NCBI GenBank assembly: GCA_947165355.1
Contig: CAMUZZ010000004.1
Span: forward strand, 1-54,573
Source of the DNA: an uncultured Clostridium sp.
GTDB lineage: Bacteria > Bacillota > Clostridia > TANB77 > CAG-508
Length of the DNA: 54,573 nt
Direction: 5' to 3'
In this document: piece after piece, positions 10,534 to 20,327 of the stretch
Numbering within the stretch: position 1 is the first letter of the stretch
Layout of the letters: the number at the start of each line of letters is the position of its first letter
Translations under genes and position numbers: made by a program
Notes under the pieces: generated by a model
The model's input: only the letters and a program-made list of their open reading frames with translations
The model's database searches: none
Told to the model about the DNA's origin: nothing

Positions 10534-10833
10534 ATGATAGATTTAAGTCTTAATCAAGTTTTTTCTATTAAATCGCTTATTATATACATATTAGCAATAA
10601 ATGTTATTACTTTTTTAGCTATGGGATTAGATAAATGGAAGGCTAAAAGAGGAGCATGGAGAATAAGTGAGGGTGCATTACTTGGACTTGTTCTTCTAGG
10701 AGGAGGAGTTGGTGGAATAGTAGGAATGTTTGTATTTCACCATAAAACTAAAAAAGCAAAATTTAATATAGGTTTTCCAGCAATTTTAATTGTAGAAACA
10801 ATAGTATTGGTATATTTTTTGGTAACAAGATAG
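10534..10833 (+). CDS. DUF1294 family membrane protein
   Basis: MGLDKWKAKRGAWRISE, GG..G...GMFVFHHKTKK. Confidence 0.9.
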   Translation: MIDLSLNQVFSIKSLIIYILAINVITFLAMGLDKWKAKRGAWRISEGALLGLVLLGGGVGGIVGMFVFHHKTKKAKFNIGFPAILIVETIVLVYFLVTR

Positions 10834-11003
10834 TATTGGCAATTATATAGCAAGCTGATTACAATAATAATATTGAATATGCAATGAAAACCAATAATAG
10901 CAAGGGCTTGAATAGCTCTTGCTTTGTTTTATTTTTGGTAAATTATACAGTTATTTACAATAAAAATATACATAATAAATACTAAAATACAATTATTTTA
11001 GTA

Positions 11004-11094
11004 TGTGGAAAAGTATGTGAATAACATTTGAAATACAACCCAGTAATAGTAACTATTCACAGAGTTATCCACATTATCCACAGGCTGTGGATAA
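11004..11094. promoter_or_regulatory. DnaA-box cluster
   Basis: Perfect TTATCCACA at 11065 and 11074 and TGTGGATAA at 11086. Near-matches TGTGGAAAA at 11004, TGTGAATAA at 11016 and CTATTCACA at 11053. Confidence 0.8.
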
Positions 11095-11142
11095 AAAACT
11101 AAGATTACATAAACTAAAAACACGACAAAACAGTTAACATAA

Positions 11143-11171
11143 TTGACATATTTTTCAAGAAATGTTAAAAT
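11143..11171 (+). promoter_or_regulatory. SigA-type promoter
   Basis: TTGACA-17 nt-TAAAAT with an extended -10 TG. Confidence 0.75.
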
Positions 11172-11241
11172 ATTCGTATACGGAGTTTATGCCCAAACTC
11201 AAGCAATAGCAAATTTTTTGTGAAAGGAGAGGAATCTCATC

Positions 11242-11646
11242 ATGAAGAAACTAGTTGCTTTCCTTGCTGGGGTTGTTGTGACAGCGATATTTTTTGTTGT
11301 GTTACTGTACCTCGGCGAAGAGACAAAGTTAGACATATACAACATCTCATATTTTCATACTTTTCTCGAATTATTCTTTGTTTATACCTTTTCGGTTGTT
11401 ATAATTGAATTGGTAGCAAATGAGGGAGAGAATAAAGCAATGGAAATATTGATTGATTTGGTGTTTGCAGGAGTTGTTTGTTATGTCTTTCTTAGAACGA
11501 AAGACAAGTACTGGATGATGCAGAGTAAGTACAGAGGATTTTCAGATCGTCTGCACGATTTGATTATACCAACTGTAGTAATCTGTCTTTTTTCTGCATT
11601 TGCATCTACACCCATAGCTGAGAATATTAAGAATGTAAAAAAATAA
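11242..11646 (+). CDS. Hypothetical membrane protein (about 4 TM, orphan cassette)
   Basis: AAAGGAGAGG RBS, four hydrophobic segments, terminator at 11653-11681. Confidence 0.75.
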   Translation: MKKLVAFLAGVVVTAIFFVVLLYLGEETKLDIYNISYFHTFLELFFVYTFSVVIIELVANEGENKAMEILIDLVFAGVVCYVFLRTKDKYWMMQSKYRGFSDRLHDLIIPTVVICLFSAFASTPIAENIKNVKK

Positions 11647-11807
11647 AAAAAGAAGAAGTAGAGGGCATGCTACTTCTTTTTATTTTGATTTTAATCCTGT
11701 GTAACAATATAAAAATAATCTAATATAGTATTATTACCAGAATTTATGGCACTTTTAAAATAATTATATTGACATAATACCAAAATATGATAAAATGTAA
11801 GCATCTA

Positions 11808-11999
11808 AAGATACGATGATGAAGAGTAAATATATGAAATATTTTAAGAGAGCTAGTGTATGGTGAGAATTAGCAATAGGAAGTGTATGTGGAACTTTGG
11901 AGTATCTAAAAAAAGAGGATAGCTCCAAAATGCTATCAAATAGGGTGGAACCGCGGATTAACATTCGTCCCTAGCTTTATGGCTAGTGGGCGTTTTTTG
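11808..11999 (+). promoter_or_regulatory. T-box riboswitch (glycine)
   Basis: AGAGAGC and GGTGAGA stem I motifs, candidate GGA specifier at 11891, T-box AATAGGGTGGAACCGCG at 11939-11955 and terminator hairpin at 11966-11999. Lies upstream of glycyl-tRNA synthetase. Confidence 0.9.
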
Positions 12000-12016
12000 T
12001 TTGCAATGTTTCAATA

Positions 12017-12088
12017 GGGACGGTTCTGTTTGACACAAAATTGTCAGCAGGGCAATTCTTATTAACGAAAAACAAACAAGAAAACGTC
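12017..12088. repeat. Degenerate REP-like palindromic element (GGGACGGTTCTGTTTGACAC)
   Basis: GACGGTTCTGTTTG has a degenerate reverse complement CAAACAAGAAAACGTC at 12073-12088, with an internal TGACA/TGTCA hairpin. Confidence 0.45.
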
Positions 12089-12116
12089 AGCAGCAACAAA
12101 TAAAGGAGGTTTTTAT

Positions 12117-13496
12117 ATGGTAGAAATGGAAAAAATTGTAAGTTTATGCAAGAACAGAGGATTTATTTACCCAGGTTCTGAAATATATGGTGGACTTGCA
12201 AACAGCTGGGATTACGGACCATTAGGTGTTGAACTTAAAAATAACGTTAAAAAAGCATGGATGAAAAAATTTGTGCAAGAAAGAAAAGATTCTGTTGGAC
12301 TAGATTCAGCAATTATTATGAATCCTGAAACATGGAAAGCAACAGGTCATTTATCTACTTTTACAGATCCGCTTATAGATTGTAAAGCTTGTAAAACAAG
12401 ACATAGAGCGGACAAATTAATTGAGAACTGGGCAGCTGAACATGGACAAGATATTTGTGCTGATGGTATGTCTAATGAAGCTTTAGTAAAATTTATTGAT
12501 GATAATAAAATTGATTGTCCAAACTGTGGCAAACATGATTTTACAGATATTAGACAATTTAATTTAATGTTTAAAACATTCCAAGGTGTTACTGAAGATT
12601 CAACATCAACAGTATATTTAAGACCTGAAACATGCCAAGGTATTTTCGTTGATTTTAAAAATGTAATGAGATCATCAAGAAAAAAAGTACCAATGGGTAT
12701 AGGACAAATAGGTAAGGCTTTTAGAAATGAAATAACACCTGGAAATTTTATATTTAGAACTCGTGAATTTGAACAAATGGAATATGAATTTTTCTGCAAA
12801 CCAGGAACAGATATGGAATGGTTTGAATATTGGGAAAAATACTGCAAAGACTTTTTATTAAATCTAGGTATGAAAGAGGAAAATGTAAGATTTAGAAAAC
12901 ATGCTAAAGAAGAGCTTTGTTTTTACAGTAAAGGAACAACCGATATTGAGTTTAACTTCCCATTTGGATGGGGTGAACTATGGGGTATAGCAAATAGAAC
13001 AGATTACGATTTATCAAGACATAGTGAATTCTCAAAACAAGATATGTCATATATGGATCCAGATACAAACGAAAAATATGTTCCTTATGTTATTGAGCCA
13101 TCAGTTGGTGCTGATAGATTATTACTTTCATTCCTATGTAATGCATACGAAGAGCAAGATTTAGGTGAAGGAGATTCAAGAGTTGTACTACATTTACATC
13201 CTGCATTAGCTCCTTTTAAAGTAGCAATTCTTCCATTATCTAAAAAGCTATCAGATAAAGCAGATGAAGTATATAATGAGTTATCAAAGAGCTTTACATG
13301 TGACTATGATGAAGCTGGTTCAATTGGTAAACGTTACAGAAGAGAAGATGAAATTGGAACACCATATTGTGTAACAATAGATTTCGATACATTAGAAGAC
13401 AACCAAGTTACTGTAAGGGATAGAGATACTATGGAGCAAGTTAGAATGCCAATTTCTGAAGTAACAGATTGGGTAACAAAAAAATTAAGTTTCTAG
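12117..13496 (+). CDS. glyQS: Glycine--tRNA ligase (alpha2 type)
   Basis: [64 protein letters not shown]. Confidence 0.97.
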   Translation: MVEMEKIVSLCKNRGFIYPGSEIYGGLANSWDYGPLGVELKNNVKKAWMKKFVQERKDSVGLDSAIIMNPETWKATGHLSTFTDPLIDCKACKTRHRADKLIENWAAEHGQDICADGMSNEALVKFIDDNKIDCPNCGKHDFTDIRQFNLMFKTFQGVTEDSTSTVYLRPETCQGIFVDFKNVMRSSRKKVPMGIGQIGKAFRNEITPGNFIFRTREFEQMEYEFFCKPGTDMEWFEYWEKYCKDFLLNLGMKEENVRFRKHAKEELCFYSKGTTDIEFNFPFGWGELWGIANRTDYDLSRHSEFSKQDMSYMDPDTNEKYVPYVIEPSVGADRLLLSFLCNAYEEQDLGEGDSRVVLHLHPALAPFKVAILPLSKKLSDKADEVYNELSKSFTCDYDEAGSIGKRYRREDEIGTPYCVTIDFDTLEDNQVTVRDRDTMEQVRMPISEVTDWVTKKLSF

Positions 13497-13528
13497 AAAT
13501 TATAAATTATTGATGGAGGGTGATGTGT

Positions 13529-14155
13529 ATGATTAAAAGATTCGGCACAGAAAATCCAACAGACGACAATAATGTAAGCACACTTAAGAAATTTACATCA
13601 GAGTTAATTGCTATTAACGTTGCTGTAAAAGAAAAAAATTTTATGGAGGCTTATCGTATACTAGACACTTTAAGATTTAGAGCTAAAACAGCTGGCTATA
13701 CAGATGAAGATCGTCAATATGTTAGAGCAAAGCTTGATTCTGTTATTAAAGAGCAATATAGAGATCAGATAGTAACTCTATACAAAACAAAAATTGAACA
13801 ATATAAGAGAATGAATGATGATAGCATTGAATTCTTCAGAGGAGTAGAGGGGTATCCAAAGGCAAGATGGCAAACTCAAAAAGCTTACGAAGAAGGCTAT
13901 TATAAGAAAAAGGCAGTAGACGAAATAAATGATGCTCTAAGAACAACAAGATATGGTGCATACATGCATAAAATTGTAAACGATGTTATTACAGAATTTG
14001 AAGAAAATATTAAATTACAAGAAGAGTTTGATAAAGCAATAGAAGCTAAAAAGGCAAACTCACAAAAAGCTATGGGGGCAAATAATACAGGTTCAGTAAA
14101 ATCTGTAGGTGTTAATGTACCTTTTAAGCAAGAAATTGTAAGAGACGATAGATAA
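13529..14155 (+). CDS. Hypothetical helical protein
   Basis: GGAGGG RBS and a long ORF with host-like codon usage. No motif recognised. Confidence 0.75.
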   Translation: MIKRFGTENPTDDNNVSTLKKFTSELIAINVAVKEKNFMEAYRILDTLRFRAKTAGYTDEDRQYVRAKLDSVIKEQYRDQIVTLYKTKIEQYKRMNDDSIEFFRGVEGYPKARWQTQKAYEEGYYKKKAVDEINDALRTTRYGAYMHKIVNDVITEFEENIKLQEEFDKAIEAKKANSQKAMGANNTGSVKSVGVNVPFKQEIVRDDR

Positions 14156-14167
14156 AGGGATGATAAT

Positions 14168-14629
14168 ATGTTTTTTAAGGATTGTATAGAAAAAATAAAC
14201 AATGATAAAATAAAAATATTTGTTGATATGGATGGCGTTATAGCAGACTATAATGTTGGAAAGCCATTTGATTACGATAAAAAAAGACCACTAAAAAACA
14301 ATATTAAAAATTTAGAAGAAGTATCTAAAATGGATAATGTTGAGATGTTTATCTTATCTGGCTCAAGAATGAATGTTGGTATTTCGGAAAAAAATGTATG
14401 GCTAGATGAATTTGCTCCTTTTTTCAAGAAGGAAAACAGAAACATACTTCCAAGAGAAAAGTATAATTTTGAAAAATCAACTTCAGAGCTTAAATGTGAA
14501 TTTTTAAAGAGTTTAAAAAGAGATGGTAGTGCAATTGTTGTTATAGATGATGACTGCAAGGTACTAAAAACATTAAGCGAAGAAATTGATGATATTATTC
14601 TATACAAAGATACAGTTCTTGTAGATTAG
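14168..14629 (+). CDS. HAD-superfamily hydrolase (5'-nucleotidase-like)
   Basis: IFVDMDGVIADY motif I, conserved K and VIDDD motif IV. Confidence 0.75.
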   Translation: MFFKDCIEKINNDKIKIFVDMDGVIADYNVGKPFDYDKKRPLKNNIKNLEEVSKMDNVEMFILSGSRMNVGISEKNVWLDEFAPFFKKENRNILPREKYNFEKSTSELKCEFLKSLKRDGSAIVVIDDDCKVLKTLSEEIDDIILYKDTVLVD

Positions 14630-14642
14630 TTTAAGAAAAATT

Positions 14643-14688
14643 AGATATGAATTTAGGGAAAACATCCTTAAGTTCATATCTTTTTTTT
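14643..14688 (+). terminator. Intrinsic terminator
   Basis: AGATATGAATTTAGG / CCTTAAGTTCATATCT stem followed by a T-run. Confidence 0.7.
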
Positions 14689-14690
14689 CG

Positions 14691-14720
14691 ACACAATCCA
14701 ATATATTATTTCATAATATA
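14691..14720 (+). promoter_or_regulatory. SigK-like sporulation promoter
   Basis: ACACA-16 nt-CATAATATA matches the AC(A)-N16-CATANNNTA pattern. Confidence 0.5.
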
Positions 14721-14761
14721 TACTGTGTAGCACACGAAAGCTATACAGGAGGTGAATTTAT

Positions 14762-15025
14762 ATGGAACCACAAGAATATGAAAAAGATAACAAAGGATGT
14801 TTTAAATCTAAATGTTTAGGAATAATTGCAATAATACTCGGTATTGCATTTTCTGTAGTTATAGGAATAATAGTTGGTGCTGCGATAGCAGAATCTATTT
14901 TAGGAGCTCTCGCTGCAATTATTGTTTTAGCAGTAATTTTAGGGTTGCTTACAATTCTTGCAATTATTTTAATTATATGCAGTAAAAATAAAAAAGAGAA
15001 GAAATGCAAATACTACTGTTGCTAA
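14762..15025 (+). CDS. Small 2-TM membrane protein with Cys-rich ends
   Basis: AGGAGGTG RBS, long hydrophobic hairpin, ends KCKYYCC. Confidence 0.75.
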   Translation: MEPQEYEKDNKGCFKSKCLGIIAIILGIAFSVVIGIIVGAAIAESILGALAAIIVLAVILGLLTILAIILIICSKNKKEKKCKYYCC

Positions 15026-15043
15026 AAAAATCAACAATTTATG

Positions 15044-15072
15044 TTGACAATATAAATAAAAAATGTTAAAAT
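15044..15072 (+). promoter_or_regulatory. SigA-type promoter
   Basis: TTGACA-17 nt-TAAAAT with an extended -10 TG. Confidence 0.75.
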
Positions 15073-15148
15073 TTAGTTCTATCGTACTTCAATGAGGTAC
15101 AAACAGTATATCCCATATTAGTAAAATCTAAGAAAGGAGAACGCTACT

Positions 15149-15289
15149 ATGTTCGAAAGCGCAACGTCGTTTGACATCAGAAATGATTTCAACGCAGCTC
15201 GCTGGGCTGACCGCATATCGGCTATTGCAAGCAGCATGAATATCATCGAAGATGAAAAACATCTGGATGAAGAATCTCAGGATGAGTAA
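15149..15289 (+). CDS. Small acidic hypothetical protein (46 aa), absent from ORF track
   Basis: AAAGGAG RBS; MFESATSFDIRNDFNAARWADRISAIASSMNIIEDEKHLDEESQDE; own promoter and terminator. Confidence 0.65.
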   Translation: MFESATSFDIRNDFNAARWADRISAIASSMNIIEDEKHLDEESQDE

Positions 15290-15297
15290 TCACGCGC

Positions 15298-15330
15298 AAA
15301 CAGGAAACGAATTTTTCGTTTCCTGTTTTT
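15298..15330 (+). terminator. Intrinsic terminator
   Basis: AAACAGGAAACGAA / TTCGTTTCCTGTTT stem followed by Ts. Confidence 0.85.
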
Positions 15331-15504
15331 CTTTATCCGGTAAAATATTATAGATTATAAGATGTTACATAATTTTAAAAAGTATATGTAGTGCAAGATT
15401 TTACAAAACAATATTTGTTCTGTAAAAAATATATTTATTTTTTTATTTTTATGTTATAATAAATAAGAATTTACAAAAGAATATGTTTAGGAGGAGATAA
15501 ACAA

Positions 15505-18129
15505 ATGGAAAATAAGTATGTATATCTGTTTAAAGAAGGTAACAGTAGCATGCGTGAACTTCTTGGTGGAAAAGGTGCAAACTTAGCAGAAATGACATCG
15601 CTTGGAATGCCAATACCACAAGGTTTTACAATTACAACCGAAGCCTGCAACAAATACTACGAAGACAATGAACAAATATCAGAAAAAATACTAGAGCAAA
15701 TAGATTCTGCTCTTACTTATTTAGAAGAGCTTACAGGAAAAAAATTAGGTGATACTCAAAAGCCATTGCTTGTTTCTGTTAGATCTGGTGCTAGAGCATC
15801 TATGCCAGGTATGATGGATACAATTTTAAATTTGGGTATGAACGATGAAGTTGTTAAAACATTTGCAGAAAAGAATAGAAGATTTGCATTCGATAGCTAC
15901 AGAAGATTTATTCAAATGTATGCAGATGTTGTTAAAGAGGTACCTAAGAAACTTTTTGAAGAAGCAATAGATACAAAAAAATACCAAAGAGGGTTAAAAC
16001 TTGATACCGATATGGATGCCAACGATTTAGAAGACTTGGTAAAAGTTTTTAAAGGAATATACACAGATTACTTGCATGAGGAATTCCCACAAGACACAAA
16101 AATACAATTAATAGAATCTGTTAAAGCTGTTTTTAGATCTTGGAACAATCCACGTGCAATAACATACAGAAAGATAAACGACATACCATCAGATTGGGGA
16201 ACAGCCGTTAACGTACAAGAAATGGTATTTGGAAATATGGGTGATGACTGCGGTACAGGAGTTGCTTTTTCTAGAAATCCAGCAACTGGTGAAAATAAGA
16301 TTTTTGGTGAGTATTTAATGAATGCACAAGGTGAGGATGTTGTTGCAGGAATTAGAACACCACAAGATATGGATACACTAAAGTTTATTAATCCAGATGT
16401 ATACAACGAATTTGCAATGTATGCTAAAAAACTAGAAGAGCATTATAAAGACATGCAAGATATGGAATTTACAATTGAGCATGGTAAACTATATATGCTT
16501 CAAACTAGAAACGCAAAGCGTACAGCAGTAGCTGCGCTAAAAGTTGCAGTAGATTTAGTAGCTGAGGGAATGATTGATGAAAGAGAAGCTATGCTTCGTG
16601 TTGATGCAGAGCAACTTGATCAATTATTACATCCTAAATTTAATCAAGATACCCTAAAAAAACTAAAACCAATTTCAAAAGGATTACCTGCATCACCAGG
16701 AGCAGCAACTGGAAAAGTTGTATTTACAGCCGAAAGAGCGCAAGAACTTGCTGAACAAGGCGAGAAAGAATTAGTTCTTGTACGTCTTGAAACATCACCT
16801 GAAGATATTGAAGGTATGATAGTTTGTAAAGGAATATTAACCGTAAGAGGAGGTATGACATCTCACGCAGCTGTTGTTGCTCGTGGAATGGGAACCTGCT
16901 GCGTTGCTGGATGCGGAACTCTAACAGTTAATGAAGATGAAAAAGTATTTTACACTCAAGATGGTAAATCTTTCTCAGAAGGTGATTTTATATCAATAGA
17001 TGGCTCAACTGGAAATGTTTATGGTGAAAGAATAGAAACTGAAGAAGCATCTGTTTCTGGTGATTTTGCTAAGTTTATGGGATGGGCAGATAAAATAAGA
17101 AAACTTCATGTTCGCACTAATGCCGATAACCCAAGAGATGCAAAAAAAGCACGTGAGTTTGGAGCAGAGGGAATTGGTTTATGCAGAACAGAGCACATGT
17201 TCTTTGAAGCAGATAGAATTGAAGCAATACGAGAAATGATAGTTTCTAAAACACCAGAGCAAAGGGCAACAGCACTAGAAAAAATACTTCCAATGCAAAG
17301 AGGAGATTTTGAAGAGCTATACAGAACAATGCAAGGATATCCAGTAGTAATAAGATTACTAGATCCACCACTACATGAGTTTTTACCACATGAAGATGAT
17401 GAAATTGCTGAGATTGCCCAAGATATGAATTTAAGTTTTGATGAACTTAAAGGTATTGTAATGGAATTACATGAGGCAAATCCAATGATGGGTCATAGAG
17501 GTTGTAGACTTGATATAACATATCCAGAAATTGCTGTAATGCAAACAAAAGCAATAATACAAGCTGCTATAAATGTAAAACAAGAGGGAATAAAAGTTAC
17601 TCCAGAAATAATGGTTCCTCTAGTTGGTGAAGTTAAAGAGCTTAGATTCGTAAAACACATAATAGACGAAACTGCAAAAAAATTAATAGAAGAAGCTGGA
17701 ATAGACTTAAGATACAAAGTTGGTACAATGATAGAAATTCCAAGAGCTTGTTTAGTAGCAGATGATATTGCAAGGGAAGCAGAGTTCTTCTCATTTGGAA
17801 CAAATGACCTTACACAATTAACATATGGATTTAGCCGTGACGATGCTGGAAAATTCTTAAAATATTACTACGAAAGAAAACTATTTGAATTTGACCCATT
17901 CCAAAAAGTTGATCAAGTAGGTGTTGGAAAACTAATGAAAATGGCAATTCAAGATGCACAAAAAACAAGACCATCAATAGAGCTTGGAATATGTGGAGAG
18001 CATGGAGGAAATCCTCCAACAATTGAGTTCTGCCATAACATAGGACTAACTTATGTATCTTGCTCACCATTCCGTGTTCCAATAGCAAGACTTGCTGCAG
18101 CACAAGCAGCAGTAAAAGCTGAACTTTAA
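15505..18129 (+). CDS. ppdK: Pyruvate, phosphate dikinase
   Basis: LLGGKGANLAEM, SVRSGARASMPGMMDT, GGMTSHAAVVARG, GIGLCRTEHMF, GICGEHGG. Confidence 0.98.
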   Translation: MENKYVYLFKEGNSSMRELLGGKGANLAEMTSLGMPIPQGFTITTEACNKYYEDNEQISEKILEQIDSALTYLEELTGKKLGDTQKPLLVSVRSGARASMPGMMDTILNLGMNDEVVKTFAEKNRRFAFDSYRRFIQMYADVVKEVPKKLFEEAIDTKKYQRGLKLDTDMDANDLEDLVKVFKGIYTDYLHEEFPQDTKIQLIESVKAVFRSWNNPRAITYRKINDIPSDWGTAVNVQEMVFGNMGDDCGTGVAFSRNPATGENKIFGEYLMNAQGEDVVAGIRTPQDMDTLKFINPDVYNEFAMYAKKLEEHYKDMQDMEFTIEHGKLYMLQTRNAKRTAVAALKVAVDLVAEGMIDEREAMLRVDAEQLDQLLHPKFNQDTLKKLKPISKGLPASPGAATGKVVFTAERAQELAEQGEKELVLVRLETSPEDIEGMIVCKGILTVRGGMTSHAAVVARGMGTCCVAGCGTLTVNEDEKVFYTQDGKSFSEGDFISIDGSTGNVYGERIETEEASVSGDFAKFMGWADKIRKLHVRTNADNPRDAKKAREFGAEGIGLCRTEHMFFEADRIEAIREMIVSKTPEQRATALEKILPMQRGDFEELYRTMQGYPVVIRLLDPPLHEFLPHEDDEIAEIAQDMNLSFDELKGIVMELHEANPMMGHRGCRLDITYPEIAVMQTKAIIQAAINVKQEGIKVTPEIMVPLVGEVKELRFVKHIIDETAKKLIEEAGIDLRYKVGTMIEIPRACLVADDIAREAEFFSFGTNDLTQLTYGFSRDDAGKFLKYYYERKLFEFDPFQKVDQVGVGKLMKMAIQDAQKTRPSIELGICGEHGGNPPTIEFCHNIGLTYVSCSPFRVPIARLAAAQAAVKAEL

Positions 18130-18233
18130 AATAATTTTGTTTATATAGAAAGTTAAAAAAATAAAAAAAGTTTCGGAGGTAAAAAATAATTAATTATCTC
18201 CGAAACAAAAATAATAATAAAAGGAGAATTTAT

Positions 18234-19172
18234 ATGGAAGAAAAGAAAATAGGAGTTTTATCAATAGTTTCATTAGTAATGGGTGTTTTAGCAGTTATAG
18301 TAGGATTTTTAGCAATAATTGGTGTGCCAGTATTTATTACAATTATTGCAGCTATTGCAGCTATTACAACTGGTATTATAGCTTTAGTAAAGAAAGAAAA
18401 ACCTGCAATGCCAGTAATTGGTATTGTAATATCTGTAATATCAGTAATATTAGCAATAGTTCTTTGTGTATTTTTCCTAATTGGAAAAGGTATAGGGGAA
18501 TACGAAAAATATAGTGGCAGAAATAGTTCATCAAGTGAATATAGCTACGGTGATTTATTAAATTCACTTAATAGTTATGCTTCTAACACACAATACAACT
18601 ACACAAACAGTTATGATTATTTAAAAAATACTTTAGCAAATTCAACAAATACTTTAGCTAATGCAACAAACACATTAGCAAATACAACTAACAGTATATA
18701 TAGTAACACAACTACAAATACTACTACATCAAGTACTACAGAGGAAAAGAAAGTTTCTGGAGGAAAAAGAGTTGGAAATTTAGACAAAGCTGGTGGATTT
18801 GTTACAGTTCCAGATAATTGGCAAAAATTTATAGACGTTGATGCACCAGGTGTATTCCAATATGCATACGCAAATGTATACATAGTAACATTAAATGCAA
18901 CAGATAGCAAAGGTATTTCTGCAGAAACATACGCAAATGCAATGAAATCTAACCTTGAAAATCAAGGAGTAAAAAATATAACTACAGAAACAGCCTCTAT
19001 AGGAGGATATACAGCACAAAAAATTCGTGGATACTATGCTAACGATAATGTTTGGATTGACATATATTACTTCACTAAAAATGATGGAAAACTTCAATAT
19101 ATTTCAATTGAAGGACCAGACACAGCAAGTGATTACTTTAAAATTCCAAGCACATTCTCTCAAATTCAATAA
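18234..19172 (+). CDS. Membrane protein with N-terminal TM segments (DUF4190-like), N/T-rich linker and extracellular domain
   Basis: Three hydrophobic helices, a low-complexity linker and a globular C-terminus. Confidence 0.75.
   Translation: MEEKKIGVLSIVSLVMGVLAVIVGFLAIIGVPVFITIIAAIAAITTGIIALVKKEKPAMPVIGIVISVISVILAIVLCVFFLIGKGIGEYEKYSGRNSSSSEYSYGDLLNSLNSYASNTQYNYTNSYDYLKNTLANSTNTLANATNTLANTTNSIYSNTTTNTTTSSTTEEKKVSGGKRVGNLDKAGGFVTVPDNWQKFIDVDAPGVFQYAYANVYIVTLNATDSKGISAETYANAMKSNLENQGVKNITTETASIGGYTAQKIRGYYANDNVWIDIYYFTKNDGKLQYISIEGPDTASDYFKIPSTFSQIQ
18627..18689 (+). repeat. 3 x 21-bp in-frame tandem repeat (NTLANxT)
   Basis: NTLANST NTLANAT NTLANTT. Confidence 0.8.
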
Positions 19173-19407
19173 TATATTAAATGAAGTATAAACAAAGTGA
19201 GCCCATATTATTAAACAGATTTGTTTAGTAAGAAAGGTTCATTTTGCATTTATGCTCTTTTTTTATTTATTTTGTATAAATAAATGCAAATTTATTTGTT
19301 ATATGCTACAATGTTTTAATAAAAAAATATTATAATTTTAATATAAATATTGTAAAGCAAGATTTATTAAGTTTTACTTAATGCACGTAGCAAAGAAGGG
19401 GAATATT

Positions 19408-20298
19408 ATGGTAGTTGAAAAACAATATTTTGAAGCAGAAGATGGAGCTCAATTATTTGGACTTTTACATAAAAGTAATGAAAATAAAAAAAAGAAAATA
19501 CTAATTGCAACGCATGGAATGGGAAGTGGTTGCAATAAAAAGCGTGAAGATTGCATAGCAAAAAAGCTTACAGAAAATGGAATAGATGTTCTAACGTACG
19601 ATAATAGAGGTTTTGGTTTAATAAATACTGTTAGATTTCCAGATGGTAAAAGACTTCAAGGTACAGTTTTTGAAGATGTTGAAGATGGATATTTTGATAT
19701 TTTAGGTGCAATTAATCATGCTATTAAGTTAGGATATGAAAAAATATATTTACAAGGCCATAGTTTAGGTTCCACTAAAACAGTTTATGCATATAACAAA
19801 TTAATTGAAAATAATAAAACAGATATATTAAACAAAATAAAAGCTGTTGTATTATTATCTCTTGTTGATGTTACAGAGGTTATGAATTATTTAATAAAAG
19901 AGGCTGACAACGATATTGTTGAAATTGCTCTTGAAAAGGAAAGAAATGACGAATTAACAAGTGTTATAACAACTAAAAGCAGTTTTATGCCATATACAAG
20001 CTGTAAAACATTTTTAAGATATTACAGAGATAACAAAAACATAGATTTTGCAAAGTATACTACAGATGGTTTTGAATTTACAAAATTAAACAACATAAAT
20101 GTTCCTATATTCATGAGATGGGGAAATGTAAACGAATTAATTAGTTTATCTGCCGACGAACTTAGTATTTTACTTAACAACAAATTACGTCAAGATATAA
20201 AAGACATAGACTACGTTGATGGTGCAACTCATAATTATTCTGGAAAAGAAGATATATTAGCACAGCAAATATTAGAGTTTTTAATGAAAGTTAAATAA
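19408..20298 (+). CDS. Alpha/beta hydrolase (DUF1749-like)
   Basis: HGMGS oxyanion loop, GHSLG nucleophile elbow, GATH catalytic His. Confidence 0.85.
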   Translation: MVVEKQYFEAEDGAQLFGLLHKSNENKKKKILIATHGMGSGCNKKREDCIAKKLTENGIDVLTYDNRGFGLINTVRFPDGKRLQGTVFEDVEDGYFDILGAINHAIKLGYEKIYLQGHSLGSTKTVYAYNKLIENNKTDILNKIKAVVLLSLVDVTEVMNYLIKEADNDIVEIALEKERNDELTSVITTKSSFMPYTSCKTFLRYYRDNKNIDFAKYTTDGFEFTKLNNINVPIFMRWGNVNELISLSADELSILLNNKLRQDIKDIDYVDGATHNYSGKEDILAQQILEFLMKVK

Positions 20299-20327
20299 AG
20301 AAAATTAGAGCACAAAGGAGGGATTGT

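Noticed and set aside
11004-11094. oriC
   Set aside because: No dnaA, dnaN or rpmH nearby and no switch in gene orientation.
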